This document shows, in pieces, positions 1 to 6,996 of a stretch of DNA of 64,000 nt. This DNA comes from Methanobacteriota archaeon (GTDB lineage: Archaea; Thermoplasmatota; Thermoplasmata; Thermoplasmatales; GCA-001856825): contig JAFMDN010000004.1 of the NCBI GenBank assembly GCA_017857235.1, positions 218 to 64,217 of the forward strand. The letters run 5' to 3'. A program made the translations under genes and the position numbers. The stretch's first letter is position 1. Every line of letters starts with the position of its first letter. Below the pieces are notes generated by a model, which did not search any database, had not been told where the DNA came from, and saw nothing but the letters and a program-made list of their open reading frames with translations.

Positions 1-1
1 A

Positions 2-118
2 TATACTTCCAGTCCAGCATCATCATCTGTGGGTTATGTCCAGGATTACTATTATGTTTCTGGAACACTTTACAACGATAACAGCTATCCAGATATATTT
101 ACCATTGGGTTCTACTAA
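2..118 (+). CDS. 3' end of an unidentified ORF entering from the left edge (last 38 codons, Ser/Tyr-rich)
   Basis: Frame 2 is open from the window edge to TAA at 116-118. A T-rich spacer and a convergent gene follow. No recognisable motif. Confidence 0.2.
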   Translation, partial: YTSSPASSSVGYVQDYYYVSGTLYNDNSYPDIFTIGFY

Positions 119-120
119 CT

Positions 121-164
121 CTTATATTTTTTAATTTATTTTACATATTTTTCAAATTTTTGTT
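121..164. terminator. T-rich spacer between convergent genes; candidate bidirectional oligo-T terminator region
   Basis: T5-T6 runs at 127-132, 148-152 and 157-161 lie between the + stop at 118 and the - stop at 165. Archaeal termination typically uses oligo-T tracts. Confidence 0.3.
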
Positions 165-1154
165 TCACTTATTTAGATTGTTTAAAATTTCATTTGCTTG
201 TTGCCCACCTAAATCTTGAAAATCCCTGGAGACCCTTTCCAGAAATCTGTCATCATTGAAAATGTTAAAGTGGGCCATTACTGCATTTCTCCTTACACCT
301 TGAATTTTTGCCCTCTTAATAGGAGTATCTCCAAATTTTTCTAGAAAATTCTCCTCGTCAATATAAACAAGATCTTCAACCTTCAAATTTTCAAATTCTT
401 TTTTCCTGTTCTTAAATATGGTTAATCCTTTCTTAGACCTGTTCCATGGACAAACATCATTGCAAATATCGCATCCGAAAACCATATTTTCCATTTTCCT
501 GCCTATTTCCATTGGTATAACTTTCCTTGATTCAATTGTGTGATAGCTGATGCATTTATTGGAGTCAACCTTTCTATTATTATCGATGGCATTTACGGGA
601 CAAGACCTAATACAAAGGTCACATTTACCGCACATGTCAGGTGTTATTTCAAGGTTTCTATCCAGTTTAATATCTACCAAGGCTTCACCAAGAAAAGTAT
701 AACTCCCCAATCTCCTGTTTATAAGCATTGAATTTTTACCAATCCAACCCAATCCAGCAACCCTTCCTATTTCCCTCTCCATTATGGGGCCAGTGTCCAC
801 ATAAATCATCTTTTTATTCAAAAATAGACCATATTCGGTCAAGAAGTTTTCAATATATTCTTTTAAGATTCGATGATAGTCCCTGAGCATGGAATACATG
901 GCAAACCTTGCATAAGGTGGTTGGACTTTTCCCTTTTCAAACTTGTAAAGGATTTTGAAAACAATAATGCTTTTGGCCCACCCTGCAATGAGGTATGGGG
1001 ACTCCCTCTTCATTATAGAATCTTTTCTGCTTAAATAGTTCATATCAGCGGCATAACCAATATTTAAATAATCTAAGTAGGGTTGTATGTCGAAATCCCT
1101 TATACCAATAGATGATACTTCAATCCCCTCACCAGATTTATAGTCGATGATCAA
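165..1154 (-). CDS. queG: Epoxyqueuosine reductase (QueG)-like iron-sulfur protein
   Basis: 329 aa. It has two ferredoxin-type motifs (CGKCDLCIRSCPVNAI and FGCDICNDVCPWN) with the CISYHTIE signature between them, the arrangement I recognise from the QueG/DUF1730 family. Confidence 0.6.
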   Translation of the reverse strand: MIIDYKSGEGIEVSSIGIRDFDIQPYLDYLNIGYAADMNYLSRKDSIMKRESPYLIAGWAKSIIVFKILYKFEKGKVQPPYARFAMYSMLRDYHRILKEYIENFLTEYGLFLNKKMIYVDTGPIMEREIGRVAGLGWIGKNSMLINRRLGSYTFLGEALVDIKLDRNLEITPDMCGKCDLCIRSCPVNAIDNNRKVDSNKCISYHTIESRKVIPMEIGRKMENMVFGCDICNDVCPWNRSKKGLTIFKNRKKEFENLKVEDLVYIDEENFLEKFGDTPIKRAKIQGVRRNAVMAHFNIFNDDRFLERVSRDFQDLGGQQANEILNNLNK

Positions 1155-1202
1155 TAGGATGATAAATAAAAATAGATTAAAAGAAATTACGTCAGGAAAT
1201 AG

Positions 1203-2096
1203 ATGGGAAAGATAGCATTGGATAAATTGAGTTATCTATTGAGGAAATACAAGACTACGATGGTTAAGGATAACGGAATCGGATGGGACTATTCCCACGC
1301 TGTGAGAAACAATATCGATATAATAGCGAAAATAGAACCCATGATGTTCTATAAATTCCTTAGGCCCGAAGAGAATGCTCAACTGTCATTTATATTCGCC
1401 CATAATGACTTTCTAACCTCAGGAGTAAGGCCAGAGTATGCATTAGTAGATTTTGAAAAAGTGAAAGATGCAGGCATTGATTTTGAATATTTCTTGGAAT
1501 CTATGTTAGGGATCTTCAATGAAAGAGGAATAAAATTACTATCAGCGCATACTGGGGACTATGGAAATGCAGAAGAGGGAATTTCTGGTTCACTGGCGCT
1601 CTTAACTATCGCAAAAAAACCTAAATTCGGATTAAAAAGAATAAAAAAGCCATACAAGATTATATTGATAGGAGAATTAGGTTTGGAATACAAGTTTTTC
1701 AATGAAAGGATAAATAAGCAAAATAGCACTGTTAAAATCTCCGATCTAAGTGTTGAAAATTATATTTCACTGTTAGATAAAAGAGTTTATTACGTCCACG
1801 ATTTGGCCGAGGGTGGATTGCTAAGAGCACTATATGAGCTAAAGTATGTATTGCGGCATGGCTTCGAAATAAATTCGGTCAATATTGAAAAAATTTTGGC
1901 TCCTGATTTACCAATTGAAAGTGCCCTGGAAGTTAGTTCTTCAGGTGCCATTATAATAATAACGGAAAATAAATTCGAACTACCTTCTCATATCCCACAC
2001 ATTCCAATTCTAGCTAGTGATCATGAAATTTTATTGGACGGTAAACCAATAGAGCCAAAGGGAGACATTATCCAGGAATTATTCAAAAATAAATAA
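1203..2096 (+). CDS. PurM/AIR-synthase-related superfamily protein (divergent; HypE/ThiL/SelD-like fold)
   Basis: 297 aa. An N-terminal GKIxxxxL start, HTGDYGNAEEGISGS and DLAEGGLLRALYEL resemble PurM-superfamily N- and C-domain motifs. The match is weak. Confidence 0.35.
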   Translation: MGKIALDKLSYLLRKYKTTMVKDNGIGWDYSHAVRNNIDIIAKIEPMMFYKFLRPEENAQLSFIFAHNDFLTSGVRPEYALVDFEKVKDAGIDFEYFLESMLGIFNERGIKLLSAHTGDYGNAEEGISGSLALLTIAKKPKFGLKRIKKPYKIILIGELGLEYKFFNERINKQNSTVKISDLSVENYISLLDKRVYYVHDLAEGGLLRALYELKYVLRHGFEINSVNIEKILAPDLPIESALEVSSSGAIIIITENKFELPSHIPHIPILASDHEILLDGKPIEPKGDIIQELFKNK

Positions 2097-2118
2097 TATG
2101 TGAATGTCATTGTGAATT

Positions 2119-2946
2119 ATGAAAATTGGTGATTATGAAATTCTCATGGCTGACGACGGGACATTCAAATTGGATGGCGGTGCAATGTTCGGTGTTGTTC
2201 CTAAGACCATATGGCAAAAATTTTTCAAGCCGGATGATCAAAACAGAATTGAATTGAGCACAAATACCTTAATTATTAGATACAAAAAATTTACAGCGTT
2301 GGTTGACCTAGGAATGGGAGATAAATTTGACGAAAAACAATTGGCCATATATGATATAAAAAGAGAAAAAAATTTAATTCAAAATTTGGAAGGCATGGGA
2401 ATTCATAGAGATGATGTCACGCATGTAATTATTACACACGGGCATCTAGATCATACAGGATGGGCCACAATGAGAGTTAAAAATTCTATTATCCCAACAT
2501 TTCCGAATGCCAAATATTATTTTCAGGAGGATACATACGAGGAGATAAAGTTCCCAAATGAAAAAACAAGGCCAAATTACAATTACTTGAACTTTGAAAA
2601 TTTGGACGATCAACTCGAAATTATTAGAGGGGATGAAGAGATATTTCCAGGTCTGGAACTAATGAAGACCGGTGGACATACAAAGGGTCATCAGGTTCCA
2701 ATATTAAGGGCTGGAAACAGAACTGTAATATACTTTGGAGATCTTCTCCCAACAGCCAGTCATATAAAACCTGCTTACATTATGGCTTACGATCTCTATC
2801 CCATGGATACTTTTTATAAAAAGAAGGAGCTATTAGAAAAAGCCAATGAAGAGCAATGGATAATAACACTGGAGCATGAACCTGTGAAGAAGGTGGTAAA
2901 ACTATTGGATGTAGAGAAATACAATTTAGAACAATTAAGTCTCTAG
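2119..2946 (+). CDS. Metallo-beta-lactamase fold hydrolase
   Basis: HGHLDHTGW (HxHxDH) zinc-binding motif and a downstream GGHTKGH. 275 aa. Confidence 0.75.
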   Translation: MKIGDYEILMADDGTFKLDGGAMFGVVPKTIWQKFFKPDDQNRIELSTNTLIIRYKKFTALVDLGMGDKFDEKQLAIYDIKREKNLIQNLEGMGIHRDDVTHVIITHGHLDHTGWATMRVKNSIIPTFPNAKYYFQEDTYEEIKFPNEKTRPNYNYLNFENLDDQLEIIRGDEEIFPGLELMKTGGHTKGHQVPILRAGNRTVIYFGDLLPTASHIKPAYIMAYDLYPMDTFYKKKELLEKANEEQWIITLEHEPVKKVVKLLDVEKYNLEQLSL

Positions 2947-4071
2947 GAAACTTTCTTTATTTCTAATTAATTCTCTTGCGATGACAAGCCTCTGAATTTC
3001 ATTTGTTCCTTCATATATTTGAGTTATTTTTGCTTCTCTGAATCTTCTCTCTGTTGGGTATTGTGCATCAAAACTCTTCACACCCAAAATGCTCAAGGCG
3101 GTAGTAGTCACATCAACTGCATTATCTCCGGCAGAAAGTTTTGATACAGAACTTAGAGTCGGTGAATTCTTACCGGATTCAGAATATTCTACGGCGGCCT
3201 CATAATTCCTGACAGAAGACATTACCTTGTTAATCATATCTGCTATTTTGAACTGGTTGTACTCCCTTATCTTAGGATTGGTTTTAACATATTCGATAAT
3301 ATCTTTAAGGGCCCCCTCTGAAATACCAATGGCCTGAGAAGCAATTCCTATTCTTCCCACATTTAATGTTTCCATTTCAATTCTAAAACCTTCCCCCTCT
3401 TTGTAGAGGAGATTTTCCTCAGGCACCTCTACATTTTCGAAAATTACCTCTGTTGTACTTGAGCCCCTGATCCCTAATTTATGGAACTCAGCCCCTATTC
3501 TTACTCCCGGGAAATTTCTTTCCACCACAAATAGGCTCATACCTTTGTGCCTCATTGATGGGTTTGTCATTGCGCTGACTAGGTAATATCTCGCTTCCTT
3601 TCCATTAGTTATAAAAGTCTTCATACCATCAATTATGTAGTTGGAGCCTTTCTTTTTTGCCGTGGTTTTAATCGCAACTGCATCTGAACCTGTACTAGGT
3701 TCTGTTATTGCAAGTGCTCCTATATGGCCCTTCGCTATATTGGCCAGATATTTGGATTTTAACTCGGGTGAGCCGAACTGAATAATTGGCTCAGCGAATA
3801 GAGATACCGTGACATCCAGAATTAATGAGGTAGAGGCACAATATCTCGAGATTATCCTAACAGTTTCCATCAACGATGAGAGTGAGTAACCCAGACCCCC
3901 ATATTCTTTGGGAATGTACATTGCAAATAATCCCATGTTTATCATATCATTTACAAGATCAGATGGAAATTCAGCACGAATATCTATTTCTTCGGCCCTC
4001 TTCTTAACCTTGTTTTCTGAAAATTTCTTAACCTCTTCTAATAACTTTTTCTCATTTTCATTAAGCTTCAT
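2935..4071 (-). CDS. Acyl-CoA dehydrogenase
   Basis: 378 aa with ITEPSTGSD and a C-terminal YEGTNEIQRLVIAREL signature typical of ACAD flavoproteins. Confidence 0.9.
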   Translation of the reverse strand: MKLNENEKKLLEEVKKFSENKVKKRAEEIDIRAEFPSDLVNDMINMGLFAMYIPKEYGGLGYSLSSLMETVRIISRYCASTSLILDVTVSLFAEPIIQFGSPELKSKYLANIAKGHIGALAITEPSTGSDAVAIKTTAKKKGSNYIIDGMKTFITNGKEARYYLVSAMTNPSMRHKGMSLFVVERNFPGVRIGAEFHKLGIRGSSTTEVIFENVEVPEENLLYKEGEGFRIEMETLNVGRIGIASQAIGISEGALKDIIEYVKTNPKIREYNQFKIADMINKVMSSVRNYEAAVEYSESGKNSPTLSSVSKLSAGDNAVDVTTTALSILGVKSFDAQYPTERRFREAKITQIYEGTNEIQRLVIARELIRNKESFLET

Positions 4072-4137
4072 TCAATAGTGTATACTTTTTTGAATTTATT
4101 TTTTTGTAGGAGTTTGTATTTATTTACAAAGGGTTCG

Positions 4138-4164
4138 TATGACGAAAATCTTAAATTCGTCATA
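4138..4164. promoter_or_regulatory. Perfect 9-bp inverted repeat (TATGACGAA-N9-TTCGTCATA) immediately upstream of xerA
   Basis: Arms at 4138-4146 and 4156-4164. A nested TTCGT-ATG-ACGAA palindrome sits at 4134-4146. The repeat lies 17 nt before the xerA ATG, next to an AT-rich TATA-like stretch. Confidence 0.4.
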
Positions 4165-4181
4165 TAATTTATTATATTAAT

Positions 4182-5039
4182 ATGACAGACCAACAACTAC
4201 TACAGGCTGATATTGTGGAAAAGTTCAAAAACAGGATGCTTGCAAATGGAAAGAGCAAAAATACTGTCAAAATGTATTCATATGTTTCTGAAAAATTTTT
4301 AGAATTTATAGGCTATGACAAATCAAGAATAAATTTGGAAACAGTGGAAAGATACAAGGAGTATTTGGTTATAGAAAGAGGCTATTCAAAGTCTTCTGTT
4401 TACTTACATATAAGGGCACTAGAGTCGTTCTTCTCATTTTTGGGTTTAAACGAGCTTTCTAAACTAAAACCTCCTAAGCGTCCTCAAAGGGTTCCAACAT
4501 ATTTGACAGATGAGGATGTAAGGGCTTTGATTAGGAATGCAGAATCACTTAGAGACAAAGTAATAATAGAAATGCTAGCTTACACTGGAGTCAGAGTTTC
4601 AGAGCTGTGCCACCTGAGGATAAGTGACATTGATCTTACTAGAAAATCTATAAGAATAAGGTCAGGAAAAGGAGACAAAGATAGGATAGTGTTATTTAAA
4701 GATAATATTCTCACAGATCTCAATCTATACATACATGAAATAAAGTCACAGAATCCTAAGGCAGAATTTCTTTTTCCCACAAAGAAGAGTAAATACATAT
4801 CACCCATATCTGTGGAGAGAATTATAAGAAAATTGGCAAAATCAGCAGGAATGGACAAAAAGGTTACGCCACATGTCTTAAGGCACACTTTTGCTACATC
4901 TCTTCTTAGGAACGGCGCAGATATAAGGATCATTCAGGTACTACTGGGGCACTCGAGTATAAGTACTACCCAGATATATACTCATGTAGATAACAATGAC
5001 CTCAGAAAAAGTTACGAAAAATATGCGCCAGATTACTGA
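4182..5039 (+). CDS. xerA: Tyrosine recombinase XerA (Xer/integrase family)
   Basis: 285 aa with an N-terminal SAM-like domain. The catalytic C-terminus reads ...TGVRVSEL..., HVLRHTFATSLLRNGADIRIIQVLLGHSSISTTQIYTHV (R-H-R-Y pattern). Confidence 0.9.
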   Translation: MTDQQLLQADIVEKFKNRMLANGKSKNTVKMYSYVSEKFLEFIGYDKSRINLETVERYKEYLVIERGYSKSSVYLHIRALESFFSFLGLNELSKLKPPKRPQRVPTYLTDEDVRALIRNAESLRDKVIIEMLAYTGVRVSELCHLRISDIDLTRKSIRIRSGKGDKDRIVLFKDNILTDLNLYIHEIKSQNPKAEFLFPTKKSKYISPISVERIIRKLAKSAGMDKKVTPHVLRHTFATSLLRNGADIRIIQVLLGHSSISTTQIYTHVDNNDLRKSYEKYAPDY

Positions 5040-5043
5040 CGTA

Positions 5044-5664
5044 ATGGAATTCATTGGGTATGATGAAGAGCTGTTGAAAGAGCAAGTTCTACCACTCTTA
5101 TTCAGCTATATTTCTCTCGTTCCAGGTAGGACCGATATCGGGATAGGTAAGTTAACAGGTACTGATGCTAAGATCGTGGATTGGCATTCGAGAAAATTGG
5201 TTGAAAATAGATTAATAGAGTATGATCACGAGTTTAATGGATACTTTGAATATGCCACTTTTGACAGGGAGATGAAAAGATTGCTATCTTATGCCTCTAA
5301 GGGAGCATCTTTCTTTATATTGAAGAAGGTTGTAACTGATAAAAAGATTAATTTAAAGGAGATTAAAAACTTCACAAAAATAACTTTGGAAAGGAGAATA
5401 ATTCCCTTAGTTGAAATGAATGTTTTAGAAAATGTCAGAGACGATATTTATGAACTTACAGATCATGGCCATAATCTTTTTGCAAGTATAAAGCACAACC
5501 AATTGGATTACAATGTGGCCCTGCTAACAAGATTAAGGCAAGAAAAGATCGAATTGGATATAAGCCAAAAAGAAATTGAGCTTTTGGTGGCCCCCTCCAT
5601 AGGTTATCCTTTTATGCTTTCTCTAGATCCAGTTAAGACGTTGATTCAATATGGAGAACCCTAA
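5044..5664 (+). CDS. Hypothetical protein with two winged-helix-like segments
   Basis: The ATG at 5044 lies just after the xerA stop. The ORF-track start at 4996 would overlap xerA by 44 nt. HTH-like stretches are GIGKLTGTDAKIVDWHSRKLVENRLIEY and IKNFTKITLERRIIPLVEMNVLE. No family recognised. Confidence 0.5.
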   Translation: MEFIGYDEELLKEQVLPLLFSYISLVPGRTDIGIGKLTGTDAKIVDWHSRKLVENRLIEYDHEFNGYFEYATFDREMKRLLSYASKGASFFILKKVVTDKKINLKEIKNFTKITLERRIIPLVEMNVLENVRDDIYELTDHGHNLFASIKHNQLDYNVALLTRLRQEKIELDISQKEIELLVAPSIGYPFMLSLDPVKTLIQYGEP

Positions 5665-6313
5665 AGAAATTGTTGCAAAATCAGCTTTAAGGTATATTAC
5701 GTCCGGAGATGTAGTAGGTCTTGGAACAGGCACTACCGCATCTGAATTTATAAAAGCCCTTGGAGCCTCTCCACTCTCTAAGGAAGTTACTTGCGTTCCC
5801 ACATCACTTGAGACTGAAAGTCTCGCCAAAAGACTAGGTTTAAATCTAGTAAGTTTAAACAGTGTTGAAAGAATAGATATAACTGTTGATGGTGCGGATG
5901 AAGTAGACAATAATAAGAACCTTTTAAAGGGTGGTGGTGGAGCCTTAACAAGGGAGAAGATAGTTGCTCACTATTCAAAAAGATACGTTATTGTGATTAC
6001 AGAAGAAAAATTGGTAGAGAATTTAGGATCGAGGATGCCAATTCCGATAGAGGTTCTTCCTTTTTCATATGTTCAAATCATTAGAGAGCTCAATCAAATG
6101 GGTTTAAGTTGCCAATTGAGGAAAAATTTTACAACAGACAATGGAAATTACATAATTGATTGCAAGCCTAATCAAAAGGTATTAAAGGGATCCTTGCAAG
6201 ATCTAAACAAAGCAATAAAGCTCTTACCGGGTGTGGTAGAGACTGGTATATTTATAAACTTCAATCCAGAAATTCTTTACCATAAAAACGGACAGGTATT
6301 AGAAATCAAATAA
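5651..6313 (+). CDS. rpiA: Ribose-5-phosphate isomerase A
   Basis: GLGTGTTA, DGADEVD and KGGGGALTREKIV motifs. 220 aa. Confidence 0.9.
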   Translation: MENPKEIVAKSALRYITSGDVVGLGTGTTASEFIKALGASPLSKEVTCVPTSLETESLAKRLGLNLVSLNSVERIDITVDGADEVDNNKNLLKGGGGALTREKIVAHYSKRYVIVITEEKLVENLGSRMPIPIEVLPFSYVQIIRELNQMGLSCQLRKNFTTDNGNYIIDCKPNQKVLKGSLQDLNKAIKLLPGVVETGIFINFNPEILYHKNGQVLEIK

Positions 6314-6318
6314 TAAAA

Positions 6319-6687
6319 TTAAACTAAATTTTGTAGTTGCCCAAGGACATTCTGCATATCTTCGATTTTCTTCTTCTGCTCCTCCTCAAGTTCTTTTATT
6401 ATTTCATTAAAGGGTTTAGCAAGTCTATAACCGTGAATAGGTCTCCCTTTGCCCTCTTTTTTAATATCCCTTTTCATTATCCAGCCATGTTCCTTTAGTA
6501 TTCTCATGGCTATCGATACCTCTGGTTGCCTTAAATTCGCATTCTTTTCAATTTCAACTGAGGTAACTTCTTCCTTCCCTTTCAAATATACTAAAGCCTT
6601 AGCAACATTTCTTGGAACTCCCATTTGAATTAACAAGGCAGATAATTTTTCATCTTCTGGTGTAAATCCAACTGACATAGAGTTCAT
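6319..6687 (-). CDS. Small winged-helix (ArsR-like) transcriptional regulator
   Basis: 122 aa. It has an HTH core (VTSVEIEKNANLRQPEVSIAMRILKEHGWI), a wing (GRPIHGYRL) and a C-terminal coiled-coil-like tail. Confidence 0.6.
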   Translation of the reverse strand: MNSMSVGFTPEDEKLSALLIQMGVPRNVAKALVYLKGKEEVTSVEIEKNANLRQPEVSIAMRILKEHGWIMKRDIKKEGKGRPIHGYRLAKPFNEIIKELEEEQKKKIEDMQNVLGQLQNLV

Positions 6688-6813
6688 AATATAAATTTTA
6701 TACTTATATTTTATCTTAATTATTTTGATAAAAAATATTCCTTAAGGTTTAGAATTAAGCCGGTATATGAATTCAGTTAGCCTGATACGTTTACTCGGGA
6801 AATTTTATATCTA

Positions 6814-6833
6814 AATTACCAAATCTGGTAATT
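6814..6833. promoter_or_regulatory. 8-bp perfect inverted repeat AATTACCA-N4-TGGTAATT in the regulator/nrdJ intergenic region
   Basis: Read directly. GTAATTAAATTA at 6828-6839 is repeated at 6901-6912. Confidence 0.3.
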
Positions 6834-6890
6834 AAATTACTCTCATAATATTAATAGAGGAGTTATAATAAAGTAAACAATAAATACCCT

Positions 6891-6914
6891 GATAATTTAT
6901 GTAATTAAATTATC
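6891..6914. promoter_or_regulatory. 9-bp perfect inverted repeat GATAATTTA-N6-TAAATTATC upstream of nrdJ
   Basis: Arms at 6891-6899 and 6906-6914. The AT-rich context raises the chance expectation. Confidence 0.3.
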
Positions 6915-6996
6915 TGTAAATCTATATTCATAGTTTGATAGAAAAATATGTTTATAATGGATAATGCATAAGCTAAACTTACCTAGGGATGGTTGA

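Noticed and set aside
4138-4164. Calling the xerA-proximal palindrome a bona fide dif site
   Set aside because: Known dif sites have ~11-bp arms around a 6-bp central region. This element has 9-bp arms and an odd 9-nt spacer. Uniqueness and terminus location cannot be assessed from one window. It is reported only as a candidate operator or dif-like element.
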